A stretch of DNA of 62,792 bases, the filler included, from Collodictyon triciliatum (Eukaryota): the NCBI GenBank assembly GCA_043381765.1. It is 20 parts of 20 records of this genome, joined end to end, with 100 filler letters (N's around TTAATTAATTAA, not from the genome) between each part and the next. Parts side by side here need not be neighbours in the genome. Positions count along the whole stretch, not along the records: positions 12,856 to 15,984 come from JBHJMP010007775.1; positions 16,085 to 19,195 come from JBHJMP010007776.1; positions 19,296 to 22,406 come from JBHJMP010007777.1; positions 22,507 to 25,617 come from JBHJMP010007778.1; 16 more parts are not named here. One strand, written 5' to 3'. How positions within the stretch are numbered: position 1 is the stretch's first letter; each line of letters begins with the position of its first letter. Under the pieces are notes generated by a model, which made no database searches, had not been told where the DNA came from, and was given only the letters and a program-made list of their open reading frames with translations. This document shows positions 13,078 through 25,717 of the stretch, piece after piece. A program made the translations under genes and the position numbers.

Positions 13078-14235
13078 AAAATCGAAGACTTTTTGACAAC
13101 TACCATCGACGACGGATGCATCGAGAACGGTATCATCGCGCAGGACGAGACTCAGGTGATTACGTCTCTGTCTATGATGATGCGCTCATTTGATAGAATG
13201 CATATGAATATATTTGTAAACTACGCATGCAGTACGAATGAATGCGTTGCATATAGTTTTCAGCATAATGCATCATAAGAATGAAGAAGAAATACTGAAG
13301 GAGTCCTTTCTACCAAATAGGCGAAAAATATATGGAAGCTGCGTGAGTCCATCACTAGTTCCTTGTTTCATGCCGGACCAGCTTACAAAGTTCCAACATA
13401 ATCAAATAATATCATAGTGATGCATGATTTGTAGCCTCATGATATCCATAGATACAAGCAACATATACTCGTTGACTTTAATCATGCGAATATTCGGTGT
13501 GTATGCAGTATGATATATCTCTACCTCTGGATGACATGTACAAACTTGTGCAAGAGACAAAGAAGCGTGTCGAAGGGTATCCCGCGATTGTTCTGGGGTA
13601 CGGTCATATCGGCGACTGTGAGTTTTGTGGTTCTTGATTGTGATTGTGATTTTCATTTTCATTTTCATTTTGTGGTTCTTGATTTTGATTTTCATTTTGA
13701 TATTGATTTTCATTTTCATTTCATTTTGATTTTCATTTTCCTTTGATTTTCATTTTGATTTTCATTTTGATTTTCATTTTGATTTTCATTTTGATTTTCA
13801 TTTTGATTTTCATTTTGATTGTTGCTTTGTCTTTTTGGCACTTGATATTATTTTTCCACCTCAATACTCTAACGGAGCGGATGAATGCGGCTCTTCTTGG
13901 TTCTGCCTGACTTTAGGCAATCTACATTTGAATGTGTCGGTACCCAGCAATGACCCTCGCGTTCTCCCGCTGATTGAGCCATTCATCTACGACTTTGTCG
14001 GTGAGTTAGGAAATCATTCTTCAGTGTATATATAAATCAAATCAGATCAAATCAAATCAAATCAAATTTAATAGGCGAGCATGGTGGAAGCGTCTCAGCC
14101 GAGCACGGACTCGGACTGATGAAGTACAAATATCTTCCGTTGTCGAAGAAACCCGAGCTTATCTCTGTGATGCGTACAATCAAGTCGACGTTCGACCCGA
14201 ACGGCATTCTGAACCCGTACAAATATCTGCCGTAG
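13078..14235 (+). CDS. D2HGDH: D-2-hydroxyglutarate dehydrogenase (FAD-linked oxidase), C-terminal exons
   Basis: Five exons give ...IWKLRESI...YK/YDISLP...[14 protein letters not shown].../[14 protein letters not shown]...[17 protein letters not shown]. Confidence 0.93.
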
Positions 14236-14399
14236 ATATACTACAAACACGAATTCATCACATGAGTGCATCAGTGCCCAGTGCATGAATGGATCAACAT
14301 TCTGTGTGGTTTTGTTTGTGGTTATCTTTATTCTTTGAATGAGAAAAAACTCTGAAATAAAGTATCCTGTTTCGGCTGAATCCATTTGTTAACTTGGAA

Positions 14400-15640
14400 C
14401 GTCCTCGAAGTGTGCTATTGTGTCCCTGATATTTCCATGAGTTATGCAATTATTAAATCTAAACTGATGAATTGAAAGCAAGGTGAACTCGGTGGTAGCG
14501 GTTATATCGGCTTGAGACAAAATTTTTGGAAGAATGGTTATTTAGTTTTCAATTTCAAAAACGATGCATTATGATATACAGGTAGAAAAGGTAAGAACTA
14601 CCGGTAGCGAAAACAGAAGGAAATGTGGTAGTATCAGGTTGACAACATTGGTAGTTTTCCTAAGATTGAACTGCGATTCCTTTGAGTTTGGAGTGCAGGG
14701 CACAAGTGAAACCAAAAACATTTTTGGCGAGTCTCAACTATGTTATGAGGGCTACGCTCATGATGTCGATAGGGCTTCTGATAAGGTAGACCGATTAATT
14801 GCGTTTATAGTAATGCTTCAGATTTATTTATTATTATTTTTTTGCCAAGGCCATGGTGTCGGTCACTCTATCCTTAATTATAGTTTTCACTCGCTGTCTT
14901 TCATAGTAATATACACAGGCATCTCGGCTTTTCCGTCGCATGGGCGTTAGAATTACATTAGTTTGATGGGCACTGAATCTCATAAGAACAAGATGGTTCA
15001 TGATCTTCTGTTTCGCCAGTGTTGTGCATTGTATTTTCTAGTCCTGGTCGAACCCCAATCTACAGAGACAGATATCTGGCAATGCGCGCCAGGCCCTGAC
15101 CCTGTCAAAGTTAACAAACGACCAAAAAAAAAGTTTGGGGATGTGGGCCGACGCGAGATGAAGGGTCTAGAAAGTTCTGCTGAAGCAATCTTTCACCAGA
15201 GCGATAGCAAAGTCGGACACTGTTTGCTATCTAATGCTTCGAAGATTGGTATATTCCATCCTACAATCATAAATGGTTTTCAGTTTTCCCACGGAATTAA
15301 ATACGTGGGACTAAAGGAAGAGAATTGAAAGATTTGCACCCAGCCTAGATTCAAACCTGTCAAAACAAAAAAAAAAGCGCAAAGAAAAACTCATTTGAAG
15401 TCTGTGGGCGACATTTCTTTGCAGCACACCGCGGCACATATATTTTTTCTGATATCCCCACGGCTTGGCTGTCGAGGCACACAGAGAAACAAGTATCTCC
15501 TTGGGTGTGGCCCCTGAAGAAGCCAAGAACAGGCGACAGAGAACCGGCACTGTTCCTTGTGTTTGTCCAGAGACATACAGTCTCAACAAATCGTGGATTC
15601 TTGCAAGCCGCGAAGGCTCTTCGGTCGCTTTGAATACCTG
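14400..15640 (-). pseudogene. Decayed ORF resembling the C-terminal region of a non-LTR retrotransposon ORF2
   Basis: One frame of ~360 codons is interrupted only by TAA/TAG. It contains YLIRSPIDIMSVALIT*LRLA...ENYQCCQ, then LPHFLLF after a frameshift, resembling the LINE C-terminal 'LRxG...CxxC...HxLxxC' region. Confidence 0.4.
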
Positions 15641-15758
15641 GGCAAATTATGAAAGAGATCTAATGCGAAACAAGAAAAAAGGAAGAAGGTTGCGGACATA
15701 GGTGGACTTGTTCAAAGTTTAACGAACACACTATGTTATAGAACGAGAACCGAAAAAA

Positions 15759-15848
15759 ATGCTGGGCAGAGCACTCCGGCTGCAAAACAGTATGCCACTA
15801 CTACAAAAGACTCACAGGGCGTTTGCAACAGCTCCGTCGTTCAACAAG
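15759..15848 (+). CDS. First exon of a mitochondrion-targeted protein
   Basis: MLGRALRLQNSMPLLQKTHRAFATAPSFNK, with an R-x-F/A cleavage-like motif, followed by a GT donor and a pyrimidine microsatellite. Confidence 0.6.
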
Positions 15849-16084
15849 GTTCTACTTTCTTTTTTCTTCTTTCTTTTTTCTTCTTTCTTTTTTCTTCTTT
15901 CTTTTTTCTTCTTTCTTTTTTCTTCTTTCTTTTTTCTTCTTTCTTTTTTCTTCTTTCTTTTTTCTTCTTTCTTTTTTCTTCTTCNNNNNNNNNNNNNNNN
16001 NNNNNNNNNNNNNNNNNNNNNNNNNNNNTTAATTAATTAANNNNNNNNNNNNNNNNNNNNNNNNNNNNNNNNNNNNNNNNNNNN

Positions 16085-19000
16085 AATGTGGTGTTATTGG
16101 TACCTGGGGCAGCTGTTTCAAAGAACCGTGACACTTTCTGAGCAAATCTGCTAGCGTTGGATGTGTCTCGGGAATCTCTAACTTGCGGTCTGTTTGGTGC
16201 AAATATTGGTGTCATACTTGGTGTAGCTCCAACAAACGAGGGTGTTGGATTAATACCTGCGCCGCGTTGAGAAGCAGTAAATGATTGTTGTGAACGTGAA
16301 CCCATATTAGTACCAAGAGGATTATTTTGCGTTTGTCTAGGAGTTGTTGCTGCGCTGCCCGCTCTGGATGCAGCTTTCTTTTCTGCTCTCAGTCTATCTA
16401 AATTTGCTTGTAGGTCAATATTTTCCTGGGCAAGTCTTTGATTTTCTTGTTCTCGTTCTCTAGCTTCTTGGGCTTGGAACTGAATCGTGTTTCCCTGTGC
16501 CTGTGCTTGTGTAATTAGGTCGCGTATGGTTTGGGCGTCTCTGCTTCTTTCTGCTTGTAATCTTTCAAGTGCCTTGTCTGATTCACGCAAAAGGTCAAGA
16601 TTACTTTGTTCTAATTGAGCTATCGTTGTCTGATAAGCTAACTCTTTTTGAGCAAGTGCTGCTTTCAACTTTTGTATTTTTTCTTCACGTTTTTCTGCAT
16701 TTTCTTTTCTTTTCTCTGCAGTTTTACCTGGCACAGGAGTTTTATCTTGCCTTTGTCTTTCAGCTTCAAGTTTTTCTTCTGCTTCTTGTCTTACTCTACC
16801 TACTTCTTCAATCTGTTGTCGAAGCTCTTGGTTTCTGGCTTGCTCCTCGTTAGCGCGGTTGATTGCTTGTTTCAGTCTTTTGGGTGTGGCCTTGGATGCG
16901 GCAGTAGCTGCTTGTAATTCGGCTTTTATTTTTTCTATATCGGCAACTCCATCATTAATTAGAACTTCTTTTTCATTTAGTTGTCTTTGTAGGTTTATTA
17001 TTTGTTCATTTTGTTGTGCAAGTAATTCCTGTTGTCGTTTGAGTTCAGCGGGGTCTGTGCTTGACTGTTGAGCTTGTGATTGTTGTTGTTGTTTTTTAAG
17101 CGCATCCATTTGTTTTTCTAAGTCTGCTTTTTCTTGAACCAGTTTTACATTTCTTCTTTCCTGTTCAGCTGCTCTTTTAGCTGCTTCCTGGGCTAACCTG
17201 CTTGGGGCTTTTCCCTTTAGTGCGTCGATTTGCTCTTGTCGCTCTTGATCAAGGGACATATAAAATTCCAATTGTTGTAGTCTCAGCTTCTCAAGTTTAA
17301 CCAAGTCGTTGGCTGCTGCATTTAATGCCTCTTGTATTCTATTGAGCTCCTGATTGCCTTCATCAGTTAAATCGCCTCGTCTTTCAATGAGAGCTAATTG
17401 TGTGCTCTGTACTGTACTTTGTAAGGCCCCAACTCTAGCAGCATCATTACCTTGAAGGGCCAAGAAATTACTTCTGACTTGCGCAATTTTACCCTGCGCT
17501 TCAGGTTTGTCTATGTCTCGAATGGCTAGTTGATGATCATTTAATTGTCCTCTTAATTCTAACAATTCTCTTTTGAGTTGTTCAATGTACAGCTGCTGGG
17601 CCGCTAAAAAATCTTGTTGGATTCCGCTGTCTTCTAATCTACCAGGGCTTATTTTCTTGGCTATTGCTAGACTTCTAGTAGCTTGAGACATTCTAATTGT
17701 CAAGGATTTTGAATTATCAATAAAATCTTGGGCTGCTGGACTTTTTTCTGGTGGAAACACACGTACAGGGGTAGCAGGAGCTAATGGGGGTCTAGGCGAA
17801 AATGCTTTTCGTGTGTCAGCTGTTCGTTCTGATGCGCCTGATTCGATCGGCCCTGTAAGTTGTTTTTGGGGTGTTATTACTATCTTGACACCTCCACTTT
17901 TTGTAGGTGTCGTAGGATACTCTCGATATCTAATTTCGTGTAAAGGAGTCCAGGTTTGAGTAGCAGCAATTGAAGTAGCTGAAACGAGCCGGCCGGGTGC
18001 CTTAGGGCGGCGAGGTGTTAACTCTGTCATTTTTACTCGTAACTTGTTAATATACTCAGCATCCATTTTGCGGGCTGTCTCGTTTACGTCTTGTATTTTA
18101 ATCATATCATAGAATAATTTGTCATATAGTTGTTGAGCTTCAGTAGCTACTTCTCGCATTCGTACTAATTCCTGTCTTAGGTCATCAACTTCTTGTTGTA
18201 GTCGTCTGATGGTTTCATCTTTTGAATCATCAAAAGTTAATTCTCTTCTAGCAATTTCCCCTGAATCACCTATTACTCTAGTTCCAAACCCAGAAGATGC
18301 CACAGTATATGATTGTGAGGCAGCGGAGCGGCTTCGTGGTGTGTTTGCCGTTGTAGCTGGAGCTAAGTCAAACTCACTTTCTTGTGGGTCCTCTCTAAAA
18401 GTTACATCGATTTCGTCCGGTGATATTGTTACTTTTTCATTCAATATTTTTATAGAATCGTTCAGGGCTTGTCTAACATCTGGTGGAAGTTGGTCGGCTT
18501 CTTCCTGTGCGGCTATAAACATAATGGCAATGTCGTCTAAAAAATCATCGTCGGTGATAGGAATGTCTTGTTCAAGTAATCCGTCTATCTCTGCCAATTG
18601 TTGGGCGATATTTGCCTCGTCATCTTCACCAAAGTACATAGTTGCTTCGACTTCTGCTAAATATGTTTGTTGCATTAAAGTGCGTCTAAGGCGTTGTGCT
18701 TTGATTAAACTTATTAACATCTCGTTTGCAGCTATTTCAGCTTCGTCTTTTGTAATTACTGGAACGCTTTCAATAGCTGTTTCCGCTTCTACTTTTTTAT
18801 ATGCTTGTACTTGCTGCATGTAAATCAACATCATTCTGGCTCTAAAAGAAGGGTCAAGTGTGCTAGGTAATTGTGGCCCTAATGTCGGCAATTGATCAAT
18901 TAACGTGTCTCTTTCTTCTCGCAGCTGTTTAATTTTTTCTCTGACACTTGGTGATTTTAGCAAAACTTGTTGTGCTGCTTTTTTCCCTGCTGCTCGAGCT

Positions 19001-19195
19001 GCTGCTACCATCGCGTCTCTTTCAGCTTGTTTGGCTCTTCTTGCTTCTCTTTCTGCGGCTCTTTCAGCTCGCTCTTTATTTAGTCTGCGCTCCAACAGGG
19101 CTTCAGCAATCAACTCTTCTTCGGCCAGTCGTTCAAGTAGTATCAGCCTGGCATCTCTTAGTTCTTCTTTAGTCTCCTCATCAACCCAGACATTG
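16085..19195 (-). CDS. Large intronless coiled-coil protein of unknown function, open at both ends
   Basis: More than 1030 uninterrupted codons span the whole contig. E/Q/A/K/R-rich helical blocks alternate with S/T/P-rich linkers. Confidence 0.85.
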
Positions 19196-19461
19196 NNNNN
19201 NNNNNNNNNNNNNNNNNNNNNNNNNNNNNNNNNNNNNNNTTAATTAATTAANNNNNNNNNNNNNNNNNNNNNNNNNNNNNNNNNNNNNNNNNNNNTCTTT
19301 TTCCTCTTTTTCCTCTTTTTCCTCTTTTTCCTCTTTTTCCTCTTTTTCCTCTTTTTCCTCTTTTTCCTCTTTTTCCTCTTTTTCCTCTTTTTCTCTTTTT
19401 CTCTTTTTCCCTTTTTCTTCCTTTTTTGTCTTATTTTCCCCTCTTTATCCAATCCTCTCGC

Positions 19462-22238
19462 ATGAAGAGCACGAATCAGCCCACCATTGACCGTGATGTC
19501 GATCGCCTGACCCTCTTTGATCCGCCGCCTGATTCACCCGAGGAATCCACACTGATGTCCTTCTTCACTCGAAGGGAAGCTGCCGATGTCGATATACAGA
19601 CACGCTTCCCATTAACAGCGGCTGATGCAGGTTCTTTCATTGCCTTATTTTTTAGTTATCATTAATTCTTTTTTATTGATCCATTTATCTTATTATTTCT
19701 TAATTTAGTTTTTTTTTATTCATTCTTGATTGGTCTGACATGATGGTCGAGATATGAACTCTTTTCAATAAGAACACTCGGATTTTTTTAAAATGTTTAT
19801 ACAACGAATCGCATTGCAAGTAATTGTCAGAATTTAATTGACCATTTCTACTTGTCGGACCGAACTAGAGAGAGGCCCAGGCTATGACCAACAAACTCAG
19901 CGTTCATCAGAAACTCCAGCTTTGTTTTCATCGCCTGTCAAAAACACAAATGCAGGAGCCACATCCAACCCACCACAGAAGCAATCCACCGGGTTTTTTT
20001 CCAGGTTGGAATCAACTTTCAATACCGAGCTCTAATCCAACATAACTCTTTCTTCACTCAACAAATTGAATATTTTCGAAAGGCTTTTTGGAAAGGATTT
20101 CCTTTCATCTGAGCCCCAGCCCAGCGCCGCCGAGAATGTCCTGTTCAATCCTCAACCAGCATCGAGAAGAAAGACATCATCAGTATCGACTGCAACCTCA
20201 CCATCTCCAGCAATCCAATCATTACCCCCACCCCAAATGTCCACACACACCCCAGTAATAACCAATCCAGATTTTGCCCAAAATGATGATGGTATGAGTT
20301 CAAGAGCAGATACAGTCTCATCATCTGGAATACGACCATCAAACCCAAGGCCGATTGTTCCTCCTTCTCAAAGCGCTTTCTTGTCATCGATTGCTAATAC
20401 GACGGAACAAACGGATGATGTCACACAAAACCACCCACCAGTTTCTGGCTCATTACAAACAATTATGGGGCGCATTAAGGAATTGACTACAAAAGGTGAT
20501 ATCGGAAAGGTCGGTCTTTTCCCTCTCTTTCCTTTTTTTCAAAGGCAGCACGGCCCCTCCTTTCTTTTTCCGTCTCTTTTTTCTTTTTTTTATTTAATTT
20601 TTCAACTTTATTTGTAATTTTACGTCTTTTGATTAGGAATATTGGATGCCGGACGAGAGCTGCACAACGTGTTACAGTTGCGACAGTCAGTTCAACCTGT
20701 TCAGAAGAAGGCACCATTGTCGTCTTTGTGGGCAAATATTTTGTTCAAAGTATGCACAACTCAAACAAATGATACTCTCAAAATCATGGATTCACAATAT
20801 TTACTTACTCTAATTGTCGAATAATATCAAAATACACTGTAGTGTTGTTGATGGTTTCATCCCTATGATTTTATTTCTTTTATTCAAATTCTGTTATTAC
20901 TGTTAAAAGATGTATCGTCGAGATATCGACTCACATCGAAAACAAAATACACCAACCAAGCGGGGCCAATCGCCATCAAATCATTTGTGTTATTTGTCAA
21001 AACCAGTTTGAACAATACAAAACAGATTCGCAGCAGGAAAAGTGATCCATTGTTTTTCTTTCATTTTTTCTATTATTTTCTTTTGAAAAAGCCTGAATTT
21101 ACCTAATATAATTTATTTCTTAGTTTTATCTTATTTATCCATTATTCATTGATTGATAAATTAATCAATAAATTATGTGTCTATGAAAGCACTCAAATCA
21201 TCACAAAAGCTCCCCAAATGATTGGTAGTTTTATTTCTATGAAAACGCCTTATAGTGTTGTTGTATGATATCTTGATTAATTTTCTTTCCCTCTTAAATG
21301 ATTTAATTGGTAACTTCCCTCTAAAATATTAATCTAATTTTGAAAGGAGACGCATTACAAACAATGGGGTCCTGGTTTGAGGTCACCAAAGGCAAAGAAC
21401 TAAACGATGAGCCCGAGGTAACTTCTATTTTCTTAAAAAAAAAATAATAATTAATTTTAATATCCCTTTTTAGTCATACTTTATGTAATTTTTCCTTTGC
21501 CTTTCATTCCCACTTCATCGTATGGCATATGTGTTGCATTTAAGAGGAATATATAAATCTGAATCATAAAACTCTTTCTAATGGTAGTAATAAAAAAAAT
21601 ATATGAAAATTTGAAGACAGGAATTGTAAATTTGGTTGGTGAGCAAGATATAGTCATAGTAGACCAAAGCACTGATGTTGAAGAAGAGGATGTTGTCTTG
21701 GATGGGAATCAGGAGGAGATGGATGAAGATTTTGAAGGAATATTTTTCTATGAAAGTTCACCAGAAGACAGCGGGTCAGAGGGAAAGGATGACCCAGAAG
21801 GGGCAGGCGACGGACAAAGTAACGACCCAAATGAAAACGCAAGCACTGAAAAAGCAGCAAATGAAAAAGATGGAGATAGTCCTGCAAAGACTCCGCTTCG
21901 AAAGTTTTCATTTGGAAAGTCCTCTTCCGCTGTTGGGACATCTGATATTTCAACCCCAACAAACTCTGGAAAGAGAAAGACTACCTATATTACAAACCAC
22001 ACGAATTCCGATAGTCGTTTATCTAGGACACTCAGCTTACGATTTGATCAAAACTTTATGCGGTCTCTCCTAGGTAAATTGAATTGATACAAATAATTAT
22101 TTGTAAGAAAATTAAGAAAGTGAGAAATTAAACGAAAAGTGGTACTTTAGGTAGTGTCATATAACTATCAATATATTCTATATAATTGCAGAGGTCGAGG
22201 GGATATTAAATTTTGAAACGGCTTCTCCATCTGATATC
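19462..22238 (+). CDS. FAB1: PIKfyve/FAB1-like protein, N-terminal part with FYVE domain
   Basis: Exon 20637-20749 encodes EYWMPDESCTTCYSCDSQFNLFRRRHHCRLCGQIFCSK, the FAB1-type FYVE signature. The kinase domain is not in the contig. Confidence 0.8.
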
Positions 22239-22303
22239 GGTATCTTTCATACATATTATATCACGAACATATCGACTGTATGTACTGAGTTTACTATTGG
22301 TCG

Positions 22304-22406
<103 letters not shown>

Positions 22407-22674
22407 NNNNNNNNNNNNNNNNNNNNNNNNNNNNNNNNNNNNNNNNNNNNTTAATTAATTAANNNNNNNNNNNNNNNNNNNNNNNNNNNNNNNNNNNNNN
22501 NNNNNNTACTATTAAAACCATAGTCTTTAAAGTTCGTCTATTATTATTAATTTTTCGAGCAAAATATGAATGATTATTTTTATTATTTTATTTTTATTGC
22601 GGAACTTATAATGACTGATTTTATGGGCTGAAAAAAATATCAAAAATATAGTTTGATAAACAAATTCTTCTTAC

Positions 22675-24950
22675 CAGATATAATATCAAATAATTTTTTA
22701 GGGTCTTCGTTAACTAAATTCATGATGGGCTCGAAATTGATGTGAAATGTCAGAAAAACTCCTTCGTGTAAGCGTTCAATCAATGGCTGAGACGACTGAA
22801 GAGCCTTGAATGTGTCTGTCGATATTACAGACATGATAATCTCTTCTACGCGTTCTTTCTCAAGAAAACACTCCTGAATTTTCTAAGAATATGATGATTG
22901 TCAATATCTATTCAAGTTTACTTATTAACAAGAATTACTCAAAAAATACCTAGAAAAATATTTCTAAGAGATAGTATGAATAAAGTGTTTTGATAAGTAT
23001 TAATTTAGGCATACAGTTGATACTAGCTTCTTGAACAGGAATGTTTTTCGTGATGTGTAATCGCGATTGACTACACAAACCCACAACAGAGGAACCGGGA
23101 CCACCCCAAACTGCAACGTGTAAAATATTGCTTGCAAGAGAGTAAACCTGCATATAGCAAAAAAATTGACCCAAATCACTGGCGTAAATCACTGGCATAA
23201 ACCAATACAAATAGACTTTATTGATGAAAAATAGAAACAAATAAACAGATAACACATTTATGAAATAAAATAAAGTAATCGTAAGGGGCCCACTCACGAT
23301 TTTGCTATCGAAACGCTCATGAAGAATACAAAATTGCATGCAATACAGAGAACAAAGGTCAAAACAAAATCGGAAGGAGATACGGTAAATGATGAGACTG
23401 TGAATATTGCCCATTCATACACTTCAGTTGGCAAATAAAGAAGATCAGATGTCTTGACAATTTTTAGCAAATCCTGATCGAAGGTCATCAAAATATACTG
23501 TGATGTGATTGCAAGGAAAGATGCCAACATGAGCAGATAGTAAACTCTCCATGGATTCAACCAGTACTCTTCCATACTCGAAATGTTCCTCCATGAAGTA
23601 GTGTACAGGATCAAATGAATAAGAAATACTGGAATAATCACGTAGAAGCGTGCATAAACATAGCCACGCTCAAAAAAACTGAAATTCAATCCCGCATCTT
23701 TGTAGAATGTGATATATATAAAACCGTATAAAAGTATTCCCAAGTAAATCCCGAATATACATAAGCTAAATCCCCATACGCATTCAAAAATAAAAAGGAA
23801 ATATAATAGACTGATTAGGACATTGACAATATAAACCAGCAGAAAAAAGTGGTTTTTATCATTTTCATGCATGTATTTTTTTCTTTTACCCCATCAATTT
23901 CCAGTTCAGATTTGTTTGAAGAAACCGTTTGTACTCTTCTTCCAACGATTGGTCAGTAAAGTTCAAAATGCCCGCATATTTGAATATTCTGTGTGACTCT
24001 CTCATTAACACTACTTCTTTTTCAATACCTATGAACTAAAACGTGCAAGAAAGACATTAAACATCATTGAAATTTATGCGTATTTATAAATATCGACCGT
24101 GTTTTTACATAATCTTATTCAATAAGTCATGTAGAAAGCTGACAATTCAAAATTACCTCTTTATTAGAGATAACATTCATAGAATCGCCTGACATATTGG
24201 ATATTGAAACTCGATCTCTATATACTGCTAAGTTTACAGACTTGCCTCCGTGCATGTCCGAATCCGACTGAGTAATTTCTTTGTTGACTGCATCTTCTGC
24301 AAAAACACGGAACATAGCATATCCGCCAAACTTTGAAACAATCGCGCTGGATAATCCACTAAAAGGCTAATGGAATCTTCAATTTATATTCATCAAAAGA
24401 TTGTGCTGCCTAGACAAATTCAATAGGAAAAAATTGCAATTCACCTTGATGTGGTTCGCAAGTTTATGGCTAATTACGACTTCGCCGCTTATTTTGCAAT
24501 TGAGGCACTGTCTTGCCTCTTCGTATGCTGGTTTAGAGTTATATGAGCCGATAAAATAATTCCTTAAAAAAAAAAAGAAGGATAGAAATTATTATCAGGC
24601 TCCCTGAAAATACGCATTTTCATCTATCAATATCGTCTTATTACCGTCACCCATTATATCGAATGTTCTCTTTTCACAATCAATAATTCCTCCAAGAAGT
24701 CTTCCCTCTCCAATTCCAACACTGATTACAATCTGAAGTATATATAAAAAAAGGGTGTATGTACCTCTTTGCAATATAATACAACAAAAGCAGTAACAAA
24801 AAAATAAATGAAAATGACTTTTTTCTTCTTTTTTTTTTATACCCCTCTGTTGTGTTCGATTCTCTGTGAGTTGTACGAGCAGATTATCTTGACCCCGTTT
24901 TCGATGCATCGAAGACTTTCGACTGTGTCTCCAAACAGTCCGCTGACAAC
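22675..24950 (-). CDS. Membrane-bound class III adenylyl/guanylyl cyclase-like protein (C1 - TM bundle - C2), internal fragment
   Basis: VVSGL.../ISVGIGEGRLLGGIIDCEKRTFDIMGD/AYEEARQ...GEVVIS, then a multi-TM region ending RDYTSRKTFL, then EKERVEEIIMSVIS...GVFLTFHI at the start of the second cyclase domain. Confidence 0.75.
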
Positions 24951-25717
24951 CTTGAATAAAGTTGTTTTTCTTTGAAAAAAAAAAGGCTTTTTTTTCGAAA
25001 TCTTAAGGTGCTATTTTATATGTTGCATTTACATGTTAAAGAATAAACATCACCACTATCTCTTGTCCTGAGAAAGTTAAGACGATTTATTTACATCGAG
25101 TTAGAATGTAGATATTATTATACTTAAAGATGACCCCATTATTTAATATTAATTACGGCTCTTTGAATCGAATAAAAAAACAAAAAAAATAAAAAGGGGT
25201 GGGGAGGGTGTATCATTTATGGCACTTAAGTTGGGCCTGACGGATTCAAATGTTCTACCTTTAGACTTAATTCGATAGAGCCCAGCACTGTTAGCAGGTG
25301 TGGCGAAGAGTCGGTTCGTTATATTAAAAAAAAAATCACATATTAAAAAAATGAATAATGTAAATTTTGTCAATTTAGGCTCTTACAATTTTATGGAGTC
25401 GGTGATGAACCTAGAGGATTGAAAAATTGATAAGTGATTAAAGAATCCAAGGTCTTTATTTTTATACATCTTAATAATAATTAATACATGGATGAATATT
25501 TCACAAACGAAAGTTCTCAGTTTTCTTTTTCTTTTTCTTTTTCTTTTTCTTTTTCTTTTTCTTTTTCTTTTTCTTTTTCTTTTTCTTTTTCTTTTTCTTT
25601 TTCTTTTTCTTTTTCTTNNNNNNNNNNNNNNNNNNNNNNNNNNNNNNNNNNNNNNNNNNNNTTAATTAATTAANNNNNNNNNNNNNNNNNNNNNNNNNNN
25701 NNNNNNNNNNNNNNNNN

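Noticed and set aside
14485-14545. Rossmann-like LGGSGYIG on the plus strand
   Set aside because: It is flanked by stops with no supporting exon structure, so it is probably chance.
14233-15320. Stop-codon reassignment (TAA/TAG = Gln)
   Set aside because: Long intact ORFs (692, 437, 321 and >1000 aa) have no internal TAR codons, and conserved genes end at TAA or TAG where expected.
23149-23300. Apparent frameshift or TGA readthrough in the cyclase TM region
   Set aside because: Resolved by a GTGAGT...TGCAG intron that gives the in-frame SFTLLQ...RDYTSRKTFL.
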